A stretch of 64,000 bases of DNA from the human T2T-CHM13v2.0 reference genome, Homo sapiens. Shown here one piece after another: positions 1-13,600 of this stretch. The notes under the pieces are model-generated. The model saw only the letters and a list, made by a program, of their open reading frames with translations, had not been told where the DNA came from and did not search any database. The stretch lies in the NCBI RefSeq assembly GCF_009914755.1, contig NC_060926.1, one strand, 5' to 3'. Numbering within the stretch: position 1 is the stretch's first letter; each line of letters starts with the position of its first letter. The translations under genes and the position numbers were made by a program.

Positions 1-1561
1 ATAGTAATTTTAAGGATTCCTTTTTATTTAATTTAGCATACCTAGAATTCACTGTGACTAGGTATACTATGAGCAAAAAATAAAAATAAAAAATCACTTG
101 ACCCCATTGCACAAGATTTAGCGTTTTCCTTTGCTACTCTCCTGGAGTCTTACACCCGGTTCCTCTTCCCAACCTACTTACACATTTCAGAACAAGCAAT
201 TTCTGTGCATTTTATTTCTATTTAAATTTACATATTTCAATTTACATATTTCAATTTAGTGAGTTTTCTTCTGATCGATATCATCTTTCCCCTTTCAACT
301 TTCATCAGCAAATAATTTCTGGCAATAAAGTACAATCTGTTACATTTCCATGTCTCACAACGTAAGTGTGAAAATGACAATATGGTAAAGTAGACTGCTA
401 TCATAGTTCTAACAAAAAATGAATAAAGTATTGTCATTGTCCAGATTTATGCAGAATATGCCTGTTCGGAAATTCTGAGTTCAACATATGCATGCTAATA
501 CTTACACTAATCGGAAATTCCTGAAATGAGAGCAATTTATCTAGAGTTTATAGCACTCTCTGCTCTTCTAAGCATCACTATGTGAATTTTATGGTGAATT
601 ATTAAATTTCTTTCCCCTTCTCACAAGAAAGCAACTCAACAAAACCACACCTGTTCTCCCGAAGAAAGGATATTTTCCAATAGGAGATATAGTATTCACG
701 AGAGCACTATTAAAAAAAAGATAGTTTTTCTCTCAGTTTCATCAAGCATTAGAAAGCAAAATATTTAATAACATATATAAGTACGTCAGACTGTTAAGCA
801 GAAAACTGTGAATTCTGCAATCATCTCAAAAATTAAGAAAATGAGAAAATATTCAACTAATGGCTGAAATGCACTGCTTTCCAGATGATTTCCGTAGCAA
901 AACACTTCTACCATTGTCACTTCGGTGTTCTCAGTCCAAGTTAGAGGAACTTGCTGAAACATATTGTCATAAAATTGCTAAAGGAAAGGGGAATCAATAG
1001 TGAGTTACCTTTAGTTGGCTCCTCTGGCTTCTAAATAGTAAAAACAGGTTTGGTGAATTTCAAACATTTTAACAGAGTTCATATTTAAAACAAAAACAAA
1101 AACCAAAACAAAAACCTTAGTTGCCCAATGGGGAAAGTGGTAATATTATACAATACAAAATAAAAACTGTCTTAAAATTATTCTAAATGCCAAAATATAA
1201 TGGGAGGGGACATAACGGAACGGAATTCTCAGAAAATACCTCAACAACAGCCAAGCCCCCAAGGAACGGATTTTCCTTTTCAGGGAACAAATAGGAGTAA
1301 CAGATTGGCTTCGCTCTTGAACAATATAAAACAAGATTGCTATGTACTTTCCATATCTGTACTGAAGGAAAACTTACTTGTTTTAGAAAAACCGTTTCTT
1401 GCTATTTTTTCCTGTCTTAATTTACATATTAGTGAAAAAATTGCCTCATGATATACCTCATAAGGCCAAAAAATTATAATTTGATGTCAGCATAGAATCA
1501 CAATTTCAAGAAAATAAAAGGGTCAAAATACTCCTGTCTCTTTCTAGAAAAGTCACCAGGT

Positions 1562-1862
1562 ACAGGTTGAAAATCCTTTATCTGCAGTTCTAAAATCTGT
1601 AAAGCTCTGAAAATACAAAGATTATTCTTAAGCATGTGGCAACTCACTTGAGAGCAAAACTTAGCATATACTGACTTGATACTTAATGTGACTTGATACA
1701 GTGCAGAAATATTAATGTGTTTTGACTAGAGGATGTTACTCCAGACCCCAAAAGGGGGGATTACTTAATATGTAGTATAGGCACTGCAGTTTTCTAAAAT
1801 CTACAAGATACTGAAATCAAAACACTTCTGGCTCCAAAAATTACAAATAAAGAGTTGCAGAG
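1562..1862. mobile_element. Tigger4/MER46-family (TcMar-Tigger) non-autonomous DNA transposon, degraded
   Basis: Begins TACAGGTTGAAAATCCTTTATCTG and ends with AAAACACTTCTGGCTCC...AATAAAGAGTTG, matching recalled Tigger4/MER46 termini. Confidence 0.65.
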
Positions 1863-2600
1863 CTGTCCTCCCTTTTGCTTCATAGTCATTGCATATGCCA
1901 GGTGTGCTGACTCATAACCATTTGAATGACTAGATTGCCAGGTTCAAGTACAGGGCTAGAAGTTGTGCAGACAGTTCTGGACATTGTTTTCTGTAAGAAG
2001 TAAGTAATATAAAAGCATTTGACTGGTCTGCAACTCTGTGTGGAGAGTAGACAGCCCAAATTTTCAGACACTTTAAGACAGTAAGACACAGAGGAGTGAA
2101 AAAAAAAAAAGACATTTTAATGAACCCAGTGACACCATTATCTATACTGAAAACCTCACATTATAAATTGGGAGGTAGTATTACCCCCATTCATTTCCTG
2201 TATCATGAAGCTAGTCTATTTTAGGCTGTTTAAGTAACCAAATAAAGAGTTAAGTGATCCAATCATTTGGAAATACTATTAATTTTTTTACGCATAGGAA
2301 GATTCCCCAATGTGCTTCTTTTCAACAGAATGCAGGATCTATGAGAATAGAAATTTGTCTATTTTTGTTAGTTTCAACATTTCAATAAGCTGTCTCTTGA
2401 TTTACAGTACAGTATTGATTTCTATTTAAGTTGGTTTTAAAGAAAAATTCTACATGTTGAACTTTTTAATGATTCATTTAAAAATAAATTATGATATTTA
2501 TGGGGCAAATTCCCTTTATCCTGTCCCCTCTCTAGTTTTACTGTCTCATCCCTACACAGCTATTTTGTGATATGTAAGTTCACACTTGATGCCTCTAATT

Positions 2601-2907
2601 TTTTTTTCTTTTTTTTTTTTCTTGAGACAGAGTCTGACTGTCACCCAGGCTGGAGCGCAGTGGCATGATCTCAGCTCATCACAGCCTCCACCACCCAGGT
2701 TCAAGTGATTCTCATGCCTCAGCCTCCTCCTGAATAGCTGGGATTACAGGTGCGCACCACCATGCCCAGCTAATTTTGTGTATTTTTAGTAGAGATGGGG
2801 TTTCGCCATGTTGGCCAGGCTGGTCTCAAACTCCTGACCTCAAGTGATCTGCCCACCTGGGCCTCCCAAAGTGCTGGGATTCCAGGAGTGAGCCACCATG
2901 TCCAGCC
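2601..2907 (-). mobile_element. Full-length Alu (AluS/J-type)
   Basis: Poly-T followed by a reverse Alu dimer. TSD TGATG(C/T)CTCTAATT at 2587-2600 and 2908-2921. Confidence 0.95.
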
Positions 2908-2989
2908 TGATGTCTCTAATTCTTAACCTCTCCTACCCACTGTAATTCAGCTTTCCCTTCCCACTACTCCACAGCACTTACCAATGTTA

Positions 2990-3600
2990 CACAGTAACTT
3001 TTTTTCTTGTTGCTAAATCCAGGGGCAGCTTCCTTCTTTTATGGGACATTGCTCTAGCATTTGGCACCTAATCCCCTTCTTGAAGTTCTCACTTGTCAAC
3101 TTACAGGGACACCACCTTCATTTGTCCATCCCTTTAATATTTACTATGCCTGAGAGTTTAGTATTTGCTCATGAATTTATGTTTTGTTCATTGCTACATT
3201 CCCAACACTAGAGGCTCTCAATACATATTTGTTAAATGGATGAATGAATAGTCCTTATCTTTTCTTTCTCCATATTATCTGTGGAAGATCATCTCCATCC
3301 CCATAGCTTTAATTAACATGCGAAAACAACTTTTTACTCCAGCCAATCTTCTCTAGAGTTCCAAATCATGATGTCCAATTTGCTACAGGAAACCTCTAAG
3401 TGGATGTGCCAAAGGCCATCTGAACTAAAGAAATCCACAGTGGAACTAATTATTTCCTTCTCCCCATCTTAAACCAGCTCTTCTTCTAAGATATGACTTA
3501 CAAAGCTTCCCAGGTGGCAATTTCCTTTTCCTTACTCCCTGTAAGTCACCAAATCCTACTGATTCTACCAAATCTGCCCATGTTTCCCCCTCATTCTGTC
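2990..3600 (+). mobile_element. Degraded L2 fragments
   Basis: L2-like motifs, including a tail-like TATTTGTTAAATGGATGAATGAAT near 3225-3250. Boundaries approximate. Confidence 0.45.
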
Positions 3601-3677
3601 ACTGTATATAGGAGGCTGGGGGAAGGTTCCATTTAGGCTAGGGCCATAATTGATATTTATATTCAGTGGCTGAGAAA

Positions 3678-3745
3678 AGCTGGGTGCAGTGGCATGTGCC
3701 TAGAGTCCCAGCCTGGGCAACATAGTGAGATCCCATCTCAAAACA
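3678..3745 (+). mobile_element. Internally deleted Alu monomer (FLAM-like)
   Basis: GCTGGGTGCAGTGGCATGTGCCTAGAGTCCCAGC is joined directly to CTGGGCAACATAGTGAGATCCCATCTC, followed by an A-rich tail. Confidence 0.75.
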
Positions 3746-5502
3746 ATAGTAAAAGAAGATGAAAAAAGAAAAATGCTTACAGAGAAAATGAGGAAGTATG
3801 AAGCTAAGAGAAAAAGTACAGTCATGGTCTTTACTAAAGGCAGTGTCTATGTACGGTGGGGAGATATATACATTACACAACAGACAAGGCATTGAGGACT
3901 CTGTCCTTGGGTAAAGAAGAAATGTCTAAGTGCTACAACAATGTCATAAACAAGTGTTACTGGAAAAGAGGGTTTGGGACATACAGAAAGAAGTAGGTCT
4001 TGAAGCTGAGTCTTAAAGAACAAGTAGGAATTATCCATATCGAAAGGGGAAAAGGTCATTCAGGAAATACGATAAGCATGTGTAAAGACTCAGAGACAGA
4101 GAATTTGGGGATTCCAAGGTGTACATGAAAAACTGAACATGAATAAGATGGAACATGAGAGACTCATTAAGCTAAACTATGAAAGGCTCTGTATGAGTAC
4201 ACTGGATCCTCAAGGTTCTTGGTCACTGCTACATATCCAGAACCTAGGACAGTGTCTGCTACTTAATAAGTTCCAAGTCTAAAATTAAATAAAAAACGGG
4301 GAGTGTAGATTTCTGCTGATTACTCCAATTTCTGCCTACATAGAACTTCCTATAATGCCATTTTGTCAACTTGTTCATCAAGGAATACAACAGCAGCGTT
4401 GTCTCACCTATTAACTCCTACTTCTTGGAAATACTAAGATTTCCAAGTCTTAGTACATCAAGACAACACTATCAGATGCCACCCCCTATTAGTCTTCACT
4501 CCATGTTAACCTGTGGAACAGCTTGAAAACACTTCCTCATTGAGTGAGATGAAAAAAATACTAGTTCCTTTGCAGGCACTGCAAAAGGAAATCTGTCCCT
4601 GAAGGTGCAGTTCTTTTAACTTACAAAATCAACCCTAATTACTGAATATGCCATATGCCTTCATCACACATTCAAACCACTCTCTCCTGTCCCAAATCTG
4701 TTCCTCAGCTTGCCTAATTAAGTATATGGGTGAACACATTCTGCCAATTTTCAAGGCACAGCTTTGAAAGTCACCTGGTTATTTAATTAGAGAGCCACGT
4801 AGTAAACCACATTCTGGTTTAAAGAAAACTTGGAGGTGTTGGCCTCCACAGAGAAATTTAGCCCCTAGACATGCAAGCACTGCATTCTACTACAGAGGCT
4901 CCTGTAGCCAGGTCTAAAATAAAGCTATCCTGACAAACTATTTCAGGAAGGACTCACAGGGTAACTTTTCAGGTGGAAGTGCTGAACTCTGTCTAGCTCC
5001 ACCCATTTATAAGTTAGGCTGAAAGACAGGTTAAACATGAGTCACCGAGTTCCTCCTCCCCACTAGCTAACCCATTCCACAGGAGTTAATATGTCCCAAG
5101 GCCAAGGCAGCCCATACCCCGTTTTTGGTATCTGTTCACTAGGAAAGACTTATTAACTTTATTATATAAAGGCTAGCTATAATCCATGCTTAAAGTTTGT
5201 ACTTTGTTGTAGGTATTCAAATGTCTCTTCCAATGTCCACTTGGGAAATGTACATACTGAGAAAAAGTTTAAGTCTGGGAGTTTGCTGAAACTAGTATGC
5301 TCTCTGGCTTTATTGTTCCACCACCCTCCCATGCTCAGATAAACAGAAAAGTAGGGAAATTCGACAAGGGAGGCTTCAAAGTTATAAGAGGGATGCATGA
5401 ATGTATTACCAATAGCCACTTCTTTCTCGGACTAGCTCCAGGCACCATGAACAAACCATGACCAAGTTAGGGATATGATGAGTAGTACAAAATTCCATTT
5501 AA

Positions 5503-5983
<481 letters not shown>

Positions 5984-6252
5984 AGGAGAGTTAACTTCTA
6001 AAAATTCAGCAGCTGGGAAAGCTAACAGAGCTAAGAAAGCTGGCTTAGAAAAACAATTAGGTAGTCTAGGAAGTGTCAGAACTCCAAAAAGTGATTGGAG
6101 GTACCCTATCCAAAGCAGGGAAGGATGTGGTGGAATAATAATAAATACTGGCTGGCCATGCATCCAAGTACTTTGGAGCAAGGAGGGCAGCAAACATGAT
6201 TCTGAGGACGGGGGAGGATGAATCATAGCATGCCCCTAAAGGATGAGCCAGA

Positions 6253-6450
6253 GCAGAAGTTCTCAAACTAATTGGCATGAGAACTACTCGAATGCTTTCG
6301 GAAAAAAAAAAAAAAAAGACAGACAGACTGTTGGGCCTCCATTTCCACGTTTCCGATTCAACAGAACTGGGTGAAGCCCAGTAATTTACATTGCTAACAA
6401 GCTTCAAGGAGATGATGCTGCTGATTCAGAAGACATTTTTGGAACCAATA
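6253..6450. mobile_element. MER5A-like hAT-Charlie element
   Basis: CAGAAGTTCTCAAACT...GATTCAACAGAACTGGGTGAAGCCCAGTAATTTACATTGCTAACAAGC matches the recalled MER5A pattern. Confidence 0.7.
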
Positions 6451-6574
6451 CACCAGTGTATTAGATCAAAGTTCTTGGCCTTTAACTTATAACCAAGACA
6501 GTCTCAGAGCCCCAGTCAACTGAGTTGGGAAAGACTCCATTAAAGTGGCATGGACACTTAAAACTAGGACACTA

Positions 6575-6900
<326 letters not shown>

Positions 6901-6989
6901 TTACAGGTGGAAAGGCAACATTCAGAACCAGAGAACAAGAATTGAGGAACAGAGAGAACTCATCAACTGTATCATAGTAGTAATTTACA

Positions 6990-7190
6990 ATAATACAACG
7001 CTAACGCTGTGCTCAGTGCCTCATCTGCATTATTTTTCTTTATACTCAAAAAAAGACAATACAGTGAGGCAGGTATTGTATTACTACCTACATGTTTCCA
7101 GATGATGAAGCTGACACTAGAGACTTTAGGTAACTTGCTCCAAGTGACAGACCTAATAATAGCTGGATAAAACAGAAATCTTTGGTCTAC
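6990..7190 (-). mobile_element. MIR
   Basis: MIR core CAGATGATGAAGCTGACACTAGAG...GGTAACTTGCTCCAAGTGACAGA. Confidence 0.65.
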
Positions 7191-7949
7191 TAGTCCATCA
7201 CCCAGGACCAACACAAGTGGCTTTCCTCCACCTACTGATAACGCCTGTAACAATGCTTCTCCTCTCCTGGTCAAAACCACACTTTTAATGTCAATTTTAA
7301 ATCTGCCCTTCCATAGTAGGATGATAATTTATGTTAACTCCTGAATTCACAAGCAATCCTAAAACAAGGTAAGTCTAAATACAGATAAGAGGTAGGTTAA
7401 CTGATCTGCTGAGAACCAAGTTTGCTTGCTTATCTGCTATTTCGAGTCTCTGCACATCTAAAAATGCAAAGGAAACTCTTACCTAATTCTTGCATCTAGA
7501 ATAGCCTTTCTCCAAATCCTGCCTTCTCCACTTACCTCAGAAGAATTGTTAGGATTAAATGGAAATAGGTACCGTGGTTTTTGCAGTTAAACTCAGTGAA
7601 ATTAACTATTATATTTCCGTTATATAATGCTGTGTTGTAGGACCCAGAGCTCGTTAGAGAGGTGGAGCCTGGAGACCCAAGTTTGGCAGTTATTACCTCA
7701 CTGGAGATAGTTCAAGTTATGGAAGGATCAAGAATGACAGATGAAGCGGGCACATGAGAAGCGAAGTGTCTTCAAGACTAAACACTAGACACTATCAGTA
7801 TTTACAGGGCAAATAAATGAAAAAGAAGACGCTAATGAAATTTAAAACAAATAGTCAAAGGGATATAATGCCGGCAAGAGGCATAAGAGTGCAAGTAATT
7901 CAACTAACTTTTAATCAACTAGATCTCATTAATCCCACTCCCCTGACCC

Positions 7950-8760
7950 TGGGACCCGGGCACTAGGAAAGGGGCTTTGGCAAGCCCCAATGGACTCCAG
8001 AGGCTCTAAGTATAAAACGCAGTGCACAAGAAACAACACAGCACCAGCGTTGGTGCAGGATTTCAGACAGCTCCAGGAACTTCACAAGGAAGGTCAGCCG
8101 GTCCGCTCAGGCAGTCAGTTCATGGCAGCCCATTCCCTCCCCACCTGCTTGGACCTAGCCGCTCTCACACCCCTCTTGCGGGCCCGAGCGTAGCGAGAAG
8201 ACCCACGCACACTCCAATGCCGCTCACAGCCGTATCAGTGAGCCCGCACCCACTCCTGGGGGTCTTTTACTTCCCACCCGATCCGGCGACCCGCCACCCC
8301 CACTCCGCGTCTCTGCCTGCGGGGACTCCACGGAGTTCGATAATTACCTAGAGCTCCACCGCGCCGCCATTACACCGGACGTACGTCACTTCCTCTTCCC
8401 GAGCACCGACGGTAGGAAGAAGGCGAATAGTGAAATATTTAAAAACTTGACGCTCAATTGGCTTGACACGTTATCCCTTTAATTTATTTCAAATACCATA
8501 TCATAATACCAGAGTCAAAGTAGTCGATCCAGGCACACTGTCTTGTTGCCAAAATGGCGACAAAAAAGAGAAGTTGGCATGAACTACAAAGTCCGAAATC
8601 CAGCGCCTGTGCTGACGGAAATGAGGAAAGCATAATTGTAGTTTAGCGTGAAATGGCGCGGTGTACGATGGGAATTGTAGTTCATACAGATGCGCGCCAG
8701 CGAGTTAACATCCACGCTGCTCACTGGCAGCCTAGTAGTGTTCAGGGTCTAGCCGAATTT
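7950..8760. promoter_or_regulatory. CpG-island promoter, probably bidirectional
   Basis: Only non-repeat CpG-dense region in the window. Motifs: ETS/CRE overlap GGAAGTGACGT (minus, 8384-8394); YY1-type GCCGCCATT (8363-8371), AAAATGGCG (8550-8558) and AAATGGCG (8651-8658); ETS CGGAAAT (8616-8622); ZNF143/THAP11 motif TGGGAATTGTAGT (8669-8681), plus two further ACTACA half-sites (8583, 8637-8642). Confidence 0.88.
8348..8400 (-). other. Putative first exon of a minus-strand gene (TSS approximate; exon may extend further toward 8480)
   Basis: Minus strand reads GGAAGTGACGTACGTCCGGTGTAATGGCGGCGCGGTGGAGCTCTAG|GTAATT: a YY1-type motif just after an ETS/CRE element, then a GT donor at 8347 inside the CpG island. 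Gene identity not established. Confidence 0.7.
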
Positions 8761-9284
8761 ACTTTAAAACTATTTCACTGCATTTTGGGGAAATTTTTTT
8801 TAAAAAAGCAGTCAGTTGTCACTTTCCTTGAAAAATCTTAAGAGAGAGATTTTCCTGAGACTTTATAAGAGTTTGACCAACAGTTAAGTGCCTAATAAAT
8901 TCCAAGATATCCAGGCCATAAGAATGGGAGAATATTAAATCATAAATAGAGTGAAATAATGAGGAAAAACTAATTCTATAGAGACTGTGTTGCCTCTCTT
9001 TTAGGTTAAGGTACCAACTGGTATGACCTGAGAATAAAGAGATTGCCTGGCTGAGTAGGAAGTAGCAGTTTGTACAGCGTGCAGAACTAGGGCATCAAAC
9101 AGTTTCTTTAAACTTCACTTTTCACTAGTAACAAAACCTAAAAGTTCAACTACTTGCTATTTTGGAAACTCTCTTCCTAAACCAAGAATATCTTTATGTT
9201 ATCAAATCTTTCATAAACCAGGACTGGTTTCTCCACACACTTCTCTATTACAGTTTTAGGGTGCTGTGCTTCCACTCCTTTCTG

Positions 9285-9520
9285 GAGGCAGAGTGTGATG
9301 ATTAAGAATAAAAACACTGCAGTTGGACTACTTATTTTGAATCTTGAGTCCTTTTATTATTTATGGATGACTGGGGCAAGTAACTTCACATTCTGTGGCC
9401 GTTTCCTGATCTGTTAAATGGAAATACCAATAGTATCCATCCAGGCAGTAGTTTTAAGAATTGAATTAGTTGATACACAAGATGCATTTAAGATAATTGC
9501 TAGTATACAATAGTGTTATC
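9285..9520 (+). mobile_element. MIR
   Basis: GACTGGGGCAAGTAACTTCACATTCTGTGGCCGTTTCCTGATCTGTTAAATGG core. Confidence 0.7.
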
Positions 9521-9649
9521 TATTTTATTTCATATTTAAGATATTTGGCCATTGTTGATGGTGCATTTTGGTGCACCAATACAGGGCACAGGAGATGGAT
9601 CTGGAGATGAACATTTGTATTCATATATTTAAAAACCCACAATACTACC

Positions 9650-10151
9650 GGTGATGGTTAATTCTGAATGTCAACTTGATTGGATTGAAGGATGCAAAGT
9701 ATTGATCCTGGGTGTATCTGTGAGGGTGTTGCCAAAGGAGATTAACAGTTGAGTCAGTGGACTGGGGAAGACAGACTCACCCTTAATCTGGTGGGAACAA
9801 TCTAATCAGCTACCATCGAATATAAAGCAGGCAGAAAAATATGAAAAGGCAAGACTGGCCTAGCCTCCCAGCCTATATCTTTCTCCCATGCTGGATGCTT
9901 CCTGCCCTCAAACATTGGACTCCAAATTCTTCAGTTGTGAGACTCAGACTGGCTCTCCTTGCTCCTCAAGCTTGCAGACAGCCTATTGTGGGACCTTGTG
10001 ATTGTGTAAGTTAATACTTAATAAACTCCCCTTTTTATATATATATCCTTATATATAGATATATATATTAGGATATATATATAAGGATATATATAAAAAA
10101 TAGGATATATATGTAATAGGATATATATACGTGTGTGTGTGCGTGTGTGTG

Positions 10152-10202
<51 letters not shown>

Positions 10203-10244
10203 ATCCTATTAGTTCTGTCCCTCTAGGGAACCCTGATGAATATA
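9650..10244 (+). mobile_element. MLT2A (HERV-L) solo LTR, MLT2A2-like
   Basis: GTGATGGTTAATTCTGAATGTCAACTTGATTGGATTGAAGG...TCCTATTAGTTCTGTCCCTCTAGGGAACCCTGA. 5-bp TSD CTACC at 9645-9649 and 10245-10249. Confidence 0.92.
10037..10200. repeat. Compound microsatellite: AT-rich (TA)n tract, (TG)n and (TATC)12 inside MLT2A
   Basis: Read directly; perfect TATC repeats at 10152-10199. Confidence 0.95.
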
Positions 10245-10326
10245 CTACCTCTACAACTATCAACAGAAATAGGAAAGTTAGGGTTGAGCAGAGGAGAACT
10301 AGATGGAGCTGGAAAAGAATTGGATT

Positions 10327-10647
10327 TGTCAGTTGGGTCCTTCAGGAAGCAGACACTGAGAAAGAGTTATGAATAATAAAGGTGAAAGGAAAATGGAGGA
10401 AATAGTAGCTCCAGAATAAAGATGAAGAGGCCTACAATGGGATGAAATGGCTAGGCCCTTGTACCAGTTTTGCTCAGTCACTGGCTAGAGCCACCCCAAG
10501 AAGAGTGTGGCCTCAACTAAAAACCCAAGGTGGACATGAAGATTCAACAGTTGAAGGCTGTCACCTAACCACACTGCTTGCAGCTAGGCTACAAGCAAGT
10601 CCTTTCTTGAAGAGGTATCTGAGCAGCATCTCTCTGTGCCTGTCACA
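10327..10647 (-). mobile_element. LTR16-family LTR (3' LTR of ERV-L provirus)
   Basis: Minus strand starts TGTGACAGGCACAGAGAGATGCTGCTCAGATACCTCTTCAAGAAAGGACTTG and ends GTCTGCTTCCTGAAGGACCCAACTGACA. Confidence 0.75.
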
Positions 10648-13600
10648 GTCTCCATACACCCAGTCTCCATACACCTTTCAGGAACAACTTTTCCAGGGTT
10701 CTAGTGCACATTTCTTCCTAAAAAAAATTTAGAAGTGGCAAGTTAGTGAGACAAACTACACTCCCCATCTTTGGGTCCTGAGGCCACACTGAATCCATTG
10801 CCTCTCTTCTCCACTATTCATTCTAAATTTCCCTTGCTGTCAGCTACTGCTCTACTGCTCTCTATGGTAAACTGGTGGTGTAAAAATCCTAATTCCTGGG
10901 AAGTCTGAGCGCCTGGTAGTGATCTTCTTTTCAGGCAGGTGCTGCTGCATTTTTTCATTGATGGTCACTATAAGGTAAGGGATTACCAAGAGATGCTAAA
11001 GTGGATCGCCTAAGTACCACATATATTCTTACTTGCTCCCATTGTGTAACAGCAAGCGTATCTCCTCCTGCTGTTTGGATTTAGCTACCTCTGACAAAGC
11101 ATTGATTCCTTTCTTGCCTACTAGCCCCTGAACTCTAGAAGTCCTGTGTTTCCAGGCACCTGCTGAGCTTAGTTCAGTGGGACACTGTGTCCCCTAGCAA
11201 GAATATATCACCTTTGGGGATTAGGACCACCAATTCCACAGAGCTCAGAGTTGCAGGAATGGGAAATACTATGTCCCACCGCAGGTCATTGGGAAAAATG
11301 GTGAGTTAGGTTACATTCCTGTTTTCATCCCTTGTTTCCTGGATCCAAGTGTTGTTCTTACTAGGGACCCTGCATCCTGAGAGACAGTACCTCATTCTTG
11401 CAGAATATTGTCTTCTAGCTGATACTTTAACTGAATCTTCAGCAGGTCATTCCAGTGCTCTATTAGGCCACCAGCTTCTGGGCATGCAGCATGTGATACA
11501 TCCAGTGGAACCCATGGTCACAGGCTTGTACCACCTTTGCTATGAAGTAAGTCCTGCTTGGATGTTATGTTGTATTATATTCCACACCTGTGGATCAAGC
11601 ATTGTGGAAGTCCACAGATACTGGTGCTGGATGAGTCTTGGTGAGTATAAAATGTGAATGCATACCCCAAATAAATATTCCCATAAAATTGAACTGCTAG
11701 AATGGAAAGATCTCAATGTAGTCTACTTACCACCAAGTGTCTACTTGATCTCCTAAAGATACGGTGTCAAATTAAGGACCAGTCTCACAGGTTAAGCATT
11801 CAGATGAGGCAGTAAGTAAGTAGATCAGCTGTGGTAAGAGGGCTTTGTGCTGATGGGCCTGTGCACATATTCCATTTTTGCCACCCTGGCCATTTTGTTC
11901 ATGTGTCAATTTTACCAGCACTTGAGGTAGCCACTAATAAAGACAGGTTGACATCAACTGAGTAATTTTTCTACTTTTTTTTTTAGTGCTTACTCCATAG
12001 ATTATACTTTCTTGTGGACATTGATGTGTGATAAAAATATCTTCACACTTTTTGCTCACACCAATGTGTATATCCACATTCCTCCAAGACCCTCAGGATT
12101 CTTTATTTGTGATCTTCTAAACTCATTATTTTCAGGCCTCTGACCAGCCAGCCAGGATGTTTGTCATTTCCTGTAAGTATATTTATATTCTAACCCCGGG
12201 CAACTTCTCCCTCTACAGAAAGTGGATGACAAGGTGCATCATCCAAAGCTTTGCCCACTAGGAAGACTGTTTCTCTTCACTGTCTTCAAGGCTATTCTTT
12301 AATGAGATTGTAATATAAGCTGCTGCCCAATTTCAGCTTTCATCCACATACTTGGGCAACCCATTCGTAAACTAAGCTCAGCCATTTTTTTTCTTTCTTT
12401 AGCTTATTGATCAAGACCACACCTCTGCTCCATATGGTCACCAATATGAGCTGAAGGAGTATTGATGCAACTCTAACAGTGATGTAAGAGTGTATGCTGT
12501 CTAATCCTATAGATTGATTGTGATCTTCTTTGTGCTTCATCCCAAATGTAATTCTTTTATCTTACGATGGATTACAGTTCAGCTTCCCAGAACTTATAAC
12601 CTGGTGTGTCCAACAAGCCAATTTTTTTTTTTTTAGATGGAGTCTCGCTCTATCGCCCAGGCTGGAGTCAAGGTACATTTTGTTTTGTGTCACTTAGTGT
12701 CCCACAGTAAGCATTTCCTCTTTACCAGTAGCATTAGAAGGGCCATTTTTCGAAAGACTTGCAGCCTTCATCTAGATCCCCAGGCACCTGAACTGTGATT
12801 TTCCCACTGAGATTTCTATAAACTCCATACTACATCTTTTTCCACCACTGACACCTCTAACATCATAGGATCTGCCAGATCATATAGCCCATTGTCGAGG
12901 CTATTTTCACTACAGCTCAATCCTGCTGTAGAACCCTTTCCTGTGCCAGGCTGCAAAATTGGCAGCTTTTTATGTCACCTGGTTTATGGATGAGAAAAAA
13001 TATTTCTAGGTGTAGAGTATGTGGCTTACAGAACCCAAAGCAGCCTCCTAGGCGTTGTGCTTTTTCCTTTTTCATATTGGAGGTAAGATGCTGCCATTTG
13101 TCTTGTATTTTGGAGGGGATATCCTAGCACTCCTCTGAACAATGGGCCCTTAATGTCTTTAATAAAGAACCAGGTCCCTCCATGATTCTTCCAAGGGTTC
13201 ATTTCTCACTCTCTGGAGCACAAACCTTGAGCATGCTAATAACCTCTCGCTAAACGTGTTTGATCAGCATGATGTCATGATGTAATGAATCAATATAATA
13301 TTCTACAGGATTTCCAGATGATTCCTATCTCTTTGGACTGTAAGTGTGAGTAGGAAACTTAATATAGTCCTGGGGAAAAGTTTCAATGTATATTGATATT
13401 ATATTTCATATGGACATGAACTATTTATTTCATATGGACATGAACTATTTTAAATTGTCTTGCTTGATTGGGATAGAAAAGAATGAATTCTCCAAACCGA
13501 TAGCTGCATACCATATACCTGGAGCCATATTAGCCTGCTTTATCAATGATACTATGCTTGGCATGTCAATCGCAACCGGGGCTGCTACTTTGTTAAATTT

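Noticed and set aside
785-953. Possible minus-strand exon after acceptor TGTTTCAG at 954
   Set aside because: No convincing donor and no recognisable reading frame.
8348-8370. MAARWSS matches the recalled N-terminus of WDR59
   Set aside because: The match stops after 7 residues; the next bases are a splice donor or stop, not ENVVVEF.
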